Source: Candidatus Uhrbacteria bacterium (GTDB lineage Bacteria > Patescibacteriota > Patescibacteriia > SG8-24). Taken from it: a DNA stretch of 64,000 nt. The position numbers were made by a program, and so were the translations under genes. The first letter of the stretch is position 1; every line of letters starts with the position of its first letter. Shown here piece after piece: positions 46,534 to 58,500 of this stretch. The notes beneath the pieces were generated by a model, which made no database searches, was not told the origin of the DNA, and was given only the letters and a program-made list of their open reading frames with translations. The stretch covers positions 15,822-79,821 of the forward strand of contig JAFGIV010000013.1 of assembly GCA_016929435.1 (NCBI GenBank), given 5' to 3'.

Positions 46534-46782
46534 GTGTCGGAAGTGAAACGCAAGAAAGGCGAAAGCTTCGAGAGTCTGTTGCGCCGGTTCAGCCGAAAGG
46601 TTCAGGAGAGCGGGCGGGTTTTTCAGGCTAGGAAGATTCGTTTCAAGAGCGAAAACAAGAGCAAGACGGCCACCCGCGAGGCGGCCCTTCGGCGGGAATA
46701 CCTTCGGTCCAAGCGGGAATACCTGATAAAGACCGGCCAGGCCACGGAAGAGGATTTCCAGAAAAAACGGCGTCACCGTTAG
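46534..46782 (+). CDS. rpsU: 30S ribosomal protein S21
   Basis: Small basic protein (ESFESLLRRFSRKVQESGRV..RKIRF..E..S) matching the S21 pattern; GTG start with a strong SD. Confidence 0.75.
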   Translation: MSEVKRKKGESFESLLRRFSRKVQESGRVFQARKIRFKSENKSKTATREAALRREYLRSKREYLIKTGQATEEDFQKKRRHR

Positions 46783-46834
46783 GTGGATCGCCGGTTAAGA
46801 GGTCGGTCATGCCCATGCCCGACCGGTTGCCAAC

Positions 46835-47293
46835 ATGACTGTCCAAGAGAGAATCGAAAGCGATTTCATCAGGGAGATGAAGGCCGGTAACAGGCCGGTG
46901 GTATCCGCGCTTCGGATGCTGAAGGCTGCCCTGAAGAACGCCCAGATAGAGAAGATGGCGCCATTGGATGACAGCGGGGCCATTGAGACCATATCCCGCG
47001 AGGCCAAGAAGATGCGGGATGCCCTTGAGACCTACCGGTCTGCCGGCCGCCAGGACATGGTCGACCGGGCCGAAGCGGAGATATCCGTTTTTCAGGCCTA
47101 TCTTCCCCAACCCCTCGGCAGGGAGGCCCTTGAGGGGATCGTCCGCTCCAAGATATCGGAATTGGGGGCCGTTGGGCCGAAGGACATGGGCCGGGTCATG
47201 GCAGCGGTCATGAAGGAGGCCCAGGGGCAGGCCGACGGTTCGGTTGTGAGCGAAATGGTAAGGTCTGCCCTCCTGGTCGGGTCAGGTGGCTGA
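46835..47293 (+). CDS. GatB/YqeY domain protein
   Basis: 152 aa; GatB_Yqey-like helical domain (ALRMLKAALKNAQIEK...AVMKEAQGQADGSVVSEMVRSAL). Confidence 0.7.
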   Translation: MTVQERIESDFIREMKAGNRPVVSALRMLKAALKNAQIEKMAPLDDSGAIETISREAKKMRDALETYRSAGRQDMVDRAEAEISVFQAYLPQPLGREALEGIVRSKISELGAVGPKDMGRVMAAVMKEAQGQADGSVVSEMVRSALLVGSGG

Positions 47294-47335
47294 CCGGGCA
47301 GTACGGCCATCGGATCCGCTGTTAAACCTTCACCC

Positions 47336-49564
47336 ATGCTTGGAAGGAAACACCGGGAAAAAATCGCCGCCGTGACGGCCGACGGTCCGGGACACCGGAT
47401 CGGTTGGTTGTTGGCGGCGGTTTTGCTTTTGGCGTCAGCGGCGGCGTGGCCGGAAGCGGCCATGGCCCAGACGTCCGCCGCCGATCAGCTGGCGGCCGGA
47501 TTGGAGTCCACCCAGACAATCGGCCTGGGGACGGCCGATCTGGTGACCATGGTCGGGCGGATCATCAACGTTGCCCTGGGGATTTTGGGCGTCATAGTCG
47601 TTGTCCTGTTCGTGTACGCCGGTTACGTGTACATGATGGCCAAGGGCGATTCGGGGGAGGTCGACAAGGCCAAGCGGATCATGGTCAGTACGGTCATCGG
47701 GCTTGTCATTGTCCTGTCCGCCTACGCCATTACCCAGTTCATCCTTCGCACCATTTTGGGGAGCGTCGGACCGGGCGGCGGCCAGTCCGGTTCGGGGGGT
47801 TCGGTCTTGATGTCGAACTACTGCACGGACTGCGGCCCGGAACAGTTGGGCAACGGGATAATCTCCTACCACTACCCGACGGTCAACCAGACGGACGTGG
47901 AGCGGAACACCGGAATCGCCATTACCTTCAAGCTGCCGCTGTTGCCGTCGTCGGTACTGAAGAACTATTTCGATAACGGGACCTACGATACTGCGGATGA
48001 CGGCTGGTGCCCGACGGATTGCTCCGCGGAAGGGCACAACCCGATCGATCCGGCCAATCCCCCGACCTTTTACCTGAACGACGATAACGTCAAGGTCGTC
48101 CCGTTCGCTGACCTTCAGACGCCTTCCGGAAGCGCGGGTTCGGCGGAGGCCTTTGAGTCCCGGTACGACACCGATGCGGTCCTGTCCGGAGGGGAGGCAA
48201 CCGCCGTGCTGACGGCCGTTTCGCCGGTTTTTGACGTCAACGGATTGGGTCAGACCCTGGTGATCATGCCTACCGAATTTTTGGGAAGCAGCCAGGCTGA
48301 CGTGAACTACAGGGTGGCCCTGCGGGGCGGTTCGGACGAGGGGGCCATTCGGGTATTTGCCTGGGACCCGGATTCCGGCGCACCGGTATCGCGTCCGGCC
48401 TTCGACCGCCTCAATCCGGACGGGTCGTATTTCTGGAATTTCACCACCGGCACCCTCTTGGACCTGACCCCGCCGGAAATAACCGCCGTGGTACCCAAAA
48501 CCGCCAAGAACCTGCCGGTTGACGGCGACGATTCCGGACGGCTGTTCCGCAACCAGCTCCTGCAGGTCTATTTTTCCAAACCCATGAATCCGGCGACGGT
48601 TTCCGGGATCAACGGCAGCGGTTTCGGCTTCATTGAGACCTACTACAGGGACGGGGCGTCATGGAAGGTCCTGCCGGGAACGTGGGTCGTGGCGGCCGGG
48701 TATCGGGCCGTTGAGTACGTCCCTGACATGCCCTGCGACGGCATTACCGAAAACTCCTGTGGGGATAAGGTGTTTTGCCTGCCGTCGGATACCTTGATTG
48801 CCGTGGCCGTAAAGCCGGCCAGCGTCGGGGAACAGCCTCCCCGGGCCGCGGCCCTGAACGGCGTCGTTGACATGGTCGGCAACGTCCTGGACGGCAACGC
48901 CGACGGGGAGCTTTTGGGGCCGGGTCCGGTGGGAATCGGGTCATGGACCATGAACGGCTCCCTTATCCCCGGCACCTCGGTTTGGGCCAATTTTTCCAGG
49001 GATACCGTCATTTGGCTTTATGCGGTCGGAAACCGGATAGACCTTGAGCCGCCGAAGATAACGGCCGTAGACCCCACCAACCTTTCCAGCCGGCTCGGGC
49101 AGCCCTACCCGGACGGGTCGTCGCGGTTTCCGGTCGACCAGCCGATCACCTCCACCTGGACGAAGTCGATGAGCATCAAGTCCATGATCACCGGTCCTGA
49201 TTCCTACGGTCCGGCCACCATCGGCCTGCGGGCACAGGAGATAGCCAAGGACGGATCGGGGATCGGTTCGCCGGCCTTTACGGTCGAACCTGTCCTGGTT
49301 GACGGGGATACCCGCACCAGGATGGTCATGACCCACAGGATTTTCCTCACCGCCAACGATCTCGGATGGACGCCTCTCGACGCCAACCCCTCACTTCCAG
49401 TCTATATTCCGGTATTCAAGTCCCGCCTCCAGGATACCCGCCAAAACTGTTTCTACCCGAGTGAGGCGATCAACTGCTCGGGGATCGGGGAGATCAGCCC
49501 GTTTTGCTGCAGCGATTCGGTCAGCGCATCCGCCCTGCCGGCCTGTAACCCTAGCCTGCCGTAG
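47336..49564 (+). CDS. Secreted/membrane-anchored surface protein (742 aa): signal peptide, pilin-like double-TM N-terminal module, Ig-like (SbsA-type) repeats
   Basis: Signal peptide ending AMA|Q. Module ...MVGRIINVALGILGVIVVVLFVYAGYVYMMAKGDSGEVDKAKRIMVSTVIGLVIVLSAYAITQFIL is shared with the next gene. Gly-rich linker; repeated DLTPPEITAV/DLEPPKITAV Ig-like segments; C-terminal Cys cluster. Confidence 0.6.
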   Translation: MLGRKHREKIAAVTADGPGHRIGWLLAAVLLLASAAAWPEAAMAQTSAADQLAAGLESTQTIGLGTADLVTMVGRIINVALGILGVIVVVLFVYAGYVYMMAKGDSGEVDKAKRIMVSTVIGLVIVLSAYAITQFILRTILGSVGPGGGQSGSGGSVLMSNYCTDCGPEQLGNGIISYHYPTVNQTDVERNTGIAITFKLPLLPSSVLKNYFDNGTYDTADDGWCPTDCSAEGHNPIDPANPPTFYLNDDNVKVVPFADLQTPSGSAGSAEAFESRYDTDAVLSGGEATAVLTAVSPVFDVNGLGQTLVIMPTEFLGSSQADVNYRVALRGGSDEGAIRVFAWDPDSGAPVSRPAFDRLNPDGSYFWNFTTGTLLDLTPPEITAVVPKTAKNLPVDGDDSGRLFRNQLLQVYFSKPMNPATVSGINGSGFGFIETYYRDGASWKVLPGTWVVAAGYRAVEYVPDMPCDGITENSCGDKVFCLPSDTLIAVAVKPASVGEQPPRAAALNGVVDMVGNVLDGNADGELLGPGPVGIGSWTMNGSLIPGTSVWANFSRDTVIWLYAVGNRIDLEPPKITAVDPTNLSSRLGQPYPDGSSRFPVDQPITSTWTKSMSIKSMITGPDSYGPATIGLRAQEIAKDGSGIGSPAFTVEPVLVDGDTRTRMVMTHRIFLTANDLGWTPLDANPSLPVYIPVFKSRLQDTRQNCFYPSEAINCSGIGEISPFCCSDSVSASALPACNPSLP

Positions 49565-49567
49565 CGT

Positions 49568-52500
49568 ATGGTCAGACAAGCCCTTTCCGCAAGAAAAACG
49601 CTGGCCGCCATCCTGGCATTGGGTTTGGGGGCGGTTTTGGCCGTTCCCGCCCTGGCCCAAGTCGATGTCGGCCTGGAATCGGCGGCCGCCATTGGCCTTA
49701 CCACCACTGACATTCGAACGATCGTTTCCCAGGTAATCAACGTTTTCCTGGGTCTTTTGGGTATTGTGGCGGTTGCGCTGATAGTTTACGGCGGATACGT
49801 CTACATGATGGCCAAGGGGGACCAGAACGAGGTTCAGCGCGCCAAGAAGATATTGGTGAACGCCCTCATCGGGCTGATCATAATTTTGGCCTCATACGCC
49901 ATCGCCTCATTCGTGCTGCGGGCGATTTCCGGAGGCAGCGGCGGAGAGGTGGGGGAGGGGGATTGCCCTCCGGGGGCCACCTGCAGCTCCTCCTTCCCGT
50001 CCCCGGGCAACTCCCTCCTGCTGAACGGGGTCATTCCGAGCGGCAGCGGCCCGAACGGGATGGGTTGGACCAGGGATAGCCTGCCCAGGATCGTCTTTAA
50101 CCGCAAAATCGACGCAACCACCCTGGATGACAGCCGCATCAGGGTTACCCGCTGCAACAGCCGGATGGACGGGGAGACGATCGCCGATTTCAGGAACAGC
50201 GCCTGCAATACTGCGGTATCCGGGGAAGTCAGCCTGGTAAACGAGACCACTGCCGTGTTCCGACCGGTCGGACTGGAGAATGAGGGTCTTTTTGACGGTG
50301 ACTACTGGTATCGGCTGGAGCTTCGGGGGATCCCCCTGCCGATCAGGAGCCTGGACGGGAAGGACCTGGCATGCCTGACGGCCCTGCCGGGAGACGGGGA
50401 TTACGATTCCTACGTTCAGAACCTGCCGTCTAATTCCCGGGTCTGCATTAGGGCCATTGCCTACAACACCCTAATTGATACCGGACCGCCCACCGTAGCC
50501 ATCAGTTGGCCCAGGGACGGGCAGTCGATCTGTGCCGATACGACCGAGGCTTCGGCCGTGGCCAGGGACGATGTCCTGGTTTCGGGGATCCGGTTCTCTC
50601 TTTCCGATCCGGCCTCGCCGTCCGACCCGCTTTCCCTGGCCTTCCCGTCGAACCCCTTGGACATCCCCAATTCCGGGCAGGTGACCGGTCCGTTTACCGC
50701 CTCCGCCACGATTTTCGGCAGTCACCTCAACGTTGGACAGGAATACAGGTTTTCGGCCGTGGCTTCCGACCTCCGTTTCCCGAACCCCGAAGGGGAGACT
50801 GTTGGGGTTGATTTCAGCGTCAGGCCCCAGCACTGCTGCGACGGCCAGCTGAACGACGACGAGAGCGGGGTGGACTGTGGCCCTGATTCCGGCTGCGGGT
50901 CGTGCCCGGGGGACGGGTGCACGGAAAACGGCGACTGTTCGTCCGGTTTTTGCGAGGAAGGCGTCTGCGTTTCCCTGCCGCGAATAGTCTCCGTTGACCC
51001 GATTGATCCCAATACGCAAGTTTTTGGCGGCGGTCCGGGGACCCTGGTTACCCTGAACGGCGAGTACTTCGGCGGGGCGGTCGGGGTCGTGGAGTTCTAT
51101 GACGGTACGCATGCCCTGACCGCCGAACCGTGCCTTCCGGGAGCCTGGACCAACGGCCAGGTGACCGTTAGGGTTCCTGAGGGGGTGAAGGTGGGAGGGC
51201 GGTATTTCGTCCGACTGACCAGGTCCGACAGCCGACACACCAGCACGGAAGCCGGACAGGAGGATGCCTACGGCTGGCTGGGGTATTTTCAGGAGAACGG
51301 GAATAACACCCCGGGCATCTGCCTGATCAGGCCGGCCAGCGGCAGCGAGGGCGACGTTTTTGAGGTTGTCGGTGACGGTTTCGGTGACGGTTCGGTGGGT
51401 GACCTGACGGTTAGTTTCGGGATATCCAACCCTTTCACGGTGGTGCCGGATTCCCGGACAGCGTCTTCCCTGACGGCCAAGGTCCCGCGGGCCCCGGAGG
51501 GCACCTATCCGGTTCGGGTTTCCGGATCCGGATGGATGACCACAAACGACCCGAAGTTCGCCGTCCTTCTGCCCTCCGAAAGCATGCAGCCGAAGATCGA
51601 GGGGATTTCGCCGAACGCCGGCCCGGTCGGAAATTACGTTACGATCAGCGGTAAGGGGTTCGGCAGCCAGCGCGGGCGGGTGGTGTTCCTGTTCGGGGAC
51701 GGACTGAACGAGGAACGGGCCATTGGGGCGGATACGGTCTGCGAAGACAGCTGGAAGGACTCCTACGTTACGGTCAAGGTACCGAAACAGTACGAGTGCC
51801 AGGAAGGAAGCGCCTGTCCCCTGCAGTTGGGCACGCACCGGATCCGGGTGGAGACGGCCAAGGGGCTGAAGAGCAACACCGTTAACTTCACGGTCAACAC
51901 CGATCCCCTGACCCCGAACATCTGTTCCATCAAGCCGGATAACGGCCCGCCCGGCACGGTCGTGACGGTGGGCGGGGAAAACCTTGGATCCGGTCCGGCC
52001 GCCGCCGCTCCCCTGAACGCCGTCGGATACGAGTGCCAGGACCCGAACCAGACCGGATGCGACATCAACGGCGTCGCCATGTCCTCGGAGGTCTCCTCCT
52101 GGCAGGTGAAGGCCCTGAAGTCAATCGTTCCGGGCAACAGGCTTAGCGTTGCCACCTGGCCGGACAGCGGCGATGTCCATGTCTGGTCCTACAATGTCCG
52201 CAGCGGAAACGGCCTGCCGTTCCTGGTCCAGGACTGCAACGACGGCGGGGACCGGGCCTGCCCCGCGGGTTTCGTGTGCTGCCAATCCGGTATCTGCGAT
52301 GACGGTTCGTCCAGCCCGACCGGCCGTCCCTGCGACTTCAGCCGCACCAGCGAGTTCGCCTGGCGTTTGAGCACGGAGATGATGCCCGTACCCCCCCAGC
52401 TTCTGACCTGTCCGTCATGCGGGGCGGTCGCCTGTCCCCTGACCGACGGCCTGCAGAGCCCCTCCCCGTTTCCGGGGTCGCGGGATGCCTGCGTCAACGC

Positions 52501-55500
52501 CAACATTGAGGCGGTGATCAGCCAGCGGCTGGAGGTTCCGTCCGGTGTCTCCGCGGCGGTTTCCGTTCTGTCCTGCGGTTCCGGGGAATCGCCGGATTCC
52601 TGTGTCGATGTGACAGGTGAAATGTCCCTGACGGTTTCGGCGGTCGGGGCGGGAGGGGGAAGCGGCCTGGTCAGCATCCGGCCGTCCGGCGGGGATTTCC
52701 TCCTGCCGGATACCTGGTACAGGGTCACTCTCAAATCCGACGGGCTTAGGGAAAACCTGACCGGGAACCGTACGGCCTTTGACGGCGACAGGGACGGCCT
52801 GCCGGGCGGCGATTATGTTTGGGAGTTCCGGACCAAGGATTCCCCCTGTGCCCTTGCGTCGGTAAGCGTAACGCCGAGCGAATACAACATTGACCACTGG
52901 AAGGGACAGCCGTCCCCGGACGACAGCGGTTTCAGGGCCGGCCTTCAGGCCGCCAACTGCAACAGCATCACCTGTGATCCCCTGAGCTATTCCATCGGGT
53001 GGTCGGTATCCGATCCCATGACGATATCCAAGGTGACGACGGCCAAGGCCTGTCACCAGAAGGTAGAGGCCCTGAAGGAAACCCTAATCGGGGAATTGGT
53101 CGACCTTTCGGCCAATGTCCGGCCTGTAGGGGAAACCCTGAGCCGGACCGGGAAGGCGGGGATTACGGCCCGGTTCGCCGATCCGGAGGTAGCGGGATTT
53201 GAGCCTGATTGCGATGAGGCCTGCGTCAACGCCGCCATCGGCATGACGTTCAGCACGCCGATGGAACCGAATTCCGTAATCGCCGGCAATACCGTCCTTC
53301 TCAAGACCTGCCGAAACCAAAGCTGCAACGAGCCTTTCGAGACGGCCGGGGCGGTCGGTCTGGTCGGCATCGAAAGCTATGCTGGCACTGATTCCGACGG
53401 CTATGTCGGATTCAGCCTTGATACCGACTCTGACCTGGCGCCGAACACTTTCTACCTGGTGATGGTGAAGGGCGGAGGGAACGGCGTGATGAGCAAGAGC
53501 GGCAAGACCCTGGTCGGCACCAACCTTACCGATTCCTCCGGAACCCCCTGGTTTACCTGGCGTTTCCGGACCAAGGACAGCAACCTGCCCTGCCAGCCGA
53601 GTCGGGCGGAAATAGTACCAAGGAACGCCGAGTTCAGGTATGTCGGACAGAAACTGCCGCTTTTCGTCCGCACCTACGGTTCCCCCGATTCCTGCAGCGC
53701 CGAAGGGCAGGCCCTGAACGCCGGCGATTACGGCTGGAGTTGGGGAAAGACGGCCAATGGCGTAGTCAGCCGGTTCCTGACCTCTGGGTCGGCCACTGTC
53801 CTGGATACCAATCCGGCCGTCCCGATCGGGTGCTCCTCCAGTTGCCTTAAGGTCGGTTCCCAGACGGCCCGGCCCCAATGCGGCAACGGGAAGGTCGAAT
53901 TAGGGGAGGATTGTGACGGAGGCAGCGGCTGCTCCCCCACCTGCCTGAACACCGGTTCCCCGACCTGCGGCAACGGTGTCCTTGATCCTGGGGAGGATTG
54001 CGAGTCGGTCGGCGGGATATTCCCTCCCGGGTGCTCCGACTGCCTCAATGCCGGATCGGCCCAGGGGAACTCGACCTGCGGCGACGGGTACGTTGGGGAC
54101 GGCGAGGATTGCGACGGGACCAGCGGCTGTGACCCCGTGTCCTGCCTAAATTTGGGGACCTTGCCCAGGTGCGAGGCCGTTACCGCACCCAAACCGGGCG
54201 TTAACTGCATAAACTATTGCGGAAACGGGATTTTGGAATACGGGGAGGAGTGTGAGGCTGCAGGCGGCACCTTTCCCCCGGGTTGCGACAGGAAAACCTG
54301 CCTGTGGGCCGGGACACCCAAGTGTTCCGATCCTGAAGGCGCCAAATGCTGCGGCAACGGGATTACGGACAGCGGGGAGGATCCGGGTTGCGAGTTCGGG
54401 TTCGGCCAATCGGCCGAATGGTGCGACGACCGGTGCCTGAACCGCGGATCCTCATACCTTTACGATTCGCCCAGCTTCTGCGGAGACATGGTTTTGGGCA
54501 GCGGGGAGGAATTGGGGTGTGAGGTGGCCTCCACAGGCCAGCCCGGACCGGCCGATCCTTTCCAGGTGATACTCGGGGGCAAGCCCCTGGCCACGGCCAT
54601 TGACCCGGCCACCGGATCGGCGACCGACACGGTAACATCCCGGACCGGGGGGATTTCGGCATCCAACCAGGGTGAAGCCACCGTCAGCCTTACCTGCCGC
54701 TGCCGGGAGGAGGACGATCCGCACGGTTTCTGTGAGTCGGTGGGGGAAGGTTTGGGGTGCGACGACATCGGCTGCTGCTCGCCGGCTCCCGGCGTGGCCG
54801 GCTCTACGCCGGCGGACGGCTCCTCCAACATCTGCCGCAATGCCCTTGTCAGCGTTGTTTTCGATGCGGCCATCAGTCCAGACTCGGTCAACGGCAGCAG
54901 TTTCCGGGTCGTGCGGGACGCTGGTTTTGGCACGCCGGCCTGCCGGTTCTGCAGTAACGATCCGGACAGGGCCTGCCTGTCCGATGGGGATTGCGGTTCG
55001 GGCGGTACCTGCCAGGACGGGACGGTGGAGAACGGCGGGAAGATACTGGCCGCTGTCGGCACGGGGGAACCGTCCGAAGACGGCGGGTTATGGGATCGGT
55101 TCGTCCGGTTCGTCCGCCGGCTGTTTTTCCGGTCAGCGTCAGCCCAGACTGTACAGACCTTCTGTCGGGTTCCCGGCCAGGTCAGCCTGACCGGACAGGA
55201 CACCGTTACCTTTACCCCGTTCGGCGTAATGTCCGGAACGGTAGGCCACCACATCCTTTTGACCGGCGGCAGCGACGGAATTCGCTCGTCCATGGGCGTG
55301 CCCATGAAGGCGGACCGGAGGATATCGTTCGTCACCTCGGACAGCGTCTGCGAAATAGGATCGATCCGGATCGATCCGGAATCGGTCCTGATCCAGGGCA
55401 TTGAGGGGGAAAACTCCTCCTTTGTCCTGACGGCCCATGCCCAGGCGGCCGGCCAGCCGGTCGGGACGGAAATCGTTTCCACGCCGGCCTATCGGTTCGA

Positions 55501-58500
55501 CTGGAACTGGAACCTGCCGGTCGTCACCTCTCCGGTGGCGCTGACGGTATCCGACTTTTTTCCTGACGGCCAGGGCCACAGTCCGGTATCCGAAGTCAGG
55601 GCCAGGACAGGAGCGGGATTCCCGAAGGAGGGGAGGGAAACCGTAACGGTCCGGACCGACATATACGGTTCGGGGACATCGGTCACCAAAACCATGACTG
55701 CCTCTTCCGATGCGACGGTCATGCTCTGTGAGCACCCGTGGCCGGATTGGCATGTCTGCAGTTCGGCCAATGACGTCTATTATCCCTATCCGGGGCACGC
55801 CGTCGACTGTTCCAGGGCCGGCCAGCAGATGTGGTATCCGTTCATAGACGGAAGCACCCTAACCTCCTTCTATTACTGTCGTGACGGTGCCACGGCCGGC
55901 GATTCCGGACAGTTGCTGCCGGCATTGAGCGGCGTTAAGATCGGCAGTAACCGGGCCGACATCCTCCACGAATACCTGTTCACCTTTCCGGGTTCGGCGG
56001 GGGAAAACTGGGTTAGGGACGCCATCGGACTGCGGGTTTCCAAGAACATGGAGCATTTCGGCATTTCCGACTGGTATTCCCGGCAGGGTTTCGTCGGTTC
56101 CCCGCAGCCGGTAACGATGGACGGCTATGAGGGCCTGAAGGAGGGACGGAGCGTTTACGTAAATGCCGCCGCCAAGACCGCCGTTTCCCCGAACCTGTAC
56201 ACCAATGTGTATACCCTGTCCCACAGTGACGGGGCTTCCCCGGAGACGGTCGGCATTTTCAGCCAGATCCTCGGAAACATGGACATGAACTGGCGGGTCC
56301 TGACCGACAGCCGCTATTGCGTGATTGACGACAGGCAGGTCCTGGTTGACGGGCAACCGGTATATTGCGAGAAGGACCGGGACTGTCGGGTTACGGCCGG
56401 TGACGACGGCCGGGAATCGTTCCCATCCGAAAGGTCCGTTTGGACCTGTCAGGCCGACAGGAGCAAGGTCCGACGCGATGTCCTGCGCTGGTCAGACATC
56501 CATACCATCCGTCTGGCCCTGAACCGGGCCCGGTCGGTAGGCGGATACCCGTCCCTGGATTCCGGGACCTACCTGCGCGGCTGGACCACCAGTGCCTGGC
56601 CGTCCTGGAACGAGGTCTTGGCGAACCAGATCGGTTTGGGGTCGCTTCCGGCCGATCCGGCGGAGGGTTTCATGGACTGCGGAACCGGCGGTTCGGGGCA
56701 CGATTCAGTGACCTGCTGGGATCCGGCTGTCAGGACCTACCGGTGTCCGTCCGGATCGCAGACATATACGTATAGGGGTTTGGGCGGGCTGAACTATGTC
56801 CTGGAGGCGATGTTCGAGTATGCGGACGGAAACTGGGCCAGCGGCACTGCCTGTTTGGGCAAGGGCGAGCCTGCCTGCCGGGCAAACGACCGTTGCGAAT
56901 GGCTTTCCTCCGACGGCTCCCCTTCGGAATGCCAATACCGGGGCGGCGGTCGGATAAGGGTCAGGGGTATCGGTAACGTTGAAACCACGTGCTCATCCGG
57001 GGTTACCGTTGGCATCGGCTCGGTTTGCGGTGACGGCCTGGTCGGGGAAGGGGAGGAATGCGAGCCGGGAGTGTCGTCCCCGCGCCAGATTCCCTGCGCG
57101 GCGGATTCGCGGAGCGGTTTCCGCCATCAGGCCTGCAATGACCAGTGCCGGTGGCAGGACTCCAGCGGCTGCATTACCGGTTCCTGCGGCGACGGCATTG
57201 TCCAGACGGAAGCGGGCGAGGCCTGCGATGACGGGCCCCTGAACGGGCAATACGGCCGATGCGGCAATGACTGCACCTATTCTGCCTCCCGATGCGGCGA
57301 CGGCGTCCGTCAGGCCAACGAGGCCTGCGATTGTGCACCCGGCGGGTTGCCGAACGGCACCTATGCCCTGAACGGCGTCCTGGCATCGTCCGGACAGCGG
57401 TGCGGAAACTCCGGACACGCCGTTCCGGGGTGTGCCTGGGACTGTTCCGGTCCCGGACCGCGCTGCGGTGACCTGGTGGTGAACGGCAGCGAGCAGTGCG
57501 ACGGCGGGACGGAGGAATATCCCAGGCTGTGCATCGGAAAGAACAACGGCAACCCGAAACGGCCGGTCATGACCGGCAACACCTACAGTCCGGTTCCCGG
57601 AAACGCCTACACCGGGTGTCGGACAGATGCCGATTGCCCGAGTGACCAGGTTTGCGCCGCCCTATGCGATCCTGACAGGCCGGAGCGGGTCTGGCGCAGG
57701 AACTGCCAGAGCAACGACCCGTTCGATTGGTTCGATAACGATGACGGCAGGGCCTGCACCTGGACCGTTTGGCAGTGCGGCTCGGCAGGTTTCTGCGGCA
57801 ACGGGGTCTTGGAAACGGGGGAGGAATGCGATGACGGCAATGACGACAATATGGACTCCTGCATCATCGACCCGAACGGCACCGGAACCTTCGGGACGCC
57901 GGTGATGTGCCGGAAAGCCGCCTGCGGCGACGGCTACGTCAGCCCGTCCAACAACGAGGAGTGCGATGCCGGCAGCCAAAACGGCCAGTCCTGCATTGCG
58001 GAATACGGCAAGACCTGCTCGTTCTGTTCGACGGGATGCAAGTTGGCCTACGTTTCCGGCGGGTTCTGCGGGGACAGCGTCATCCAGAACCGTTCCTTTG
58101 TCCCTCCGGGGCCGGAGGAATGCGAAGGGAGCCTGGAGCTGGAGAACTGGGTCTGCGTCAGCGACCGCCCGGAACACCAGATGTTCGGAAAGATGACCGG
58201 TTTGGCCATATGTGACCACGAAAGGGGGTGTGTCCGGGGGTGTTCCGATTCCGGGTCGGTCCCGTGCCTGGAGACCGGGAACCCGCTTGCCGGATCGGAT
58301 TACGACGGGGAGGCCGGATGGGACAAGCCGAACGATGCCCTTTTGGCGGCCATCGGTTACGGTTATGACCTGGGACAGACGGTTTTGGCTGACGGGCCGT
58401 GCGATCCGGACTGGGATAACGACGGCGTGCCCAACGGTTCGGACTGCCGCCCGACGGTCAGTGAGGTGCATCCCGCATACCAGGTGGTGGCCTCGGACGG

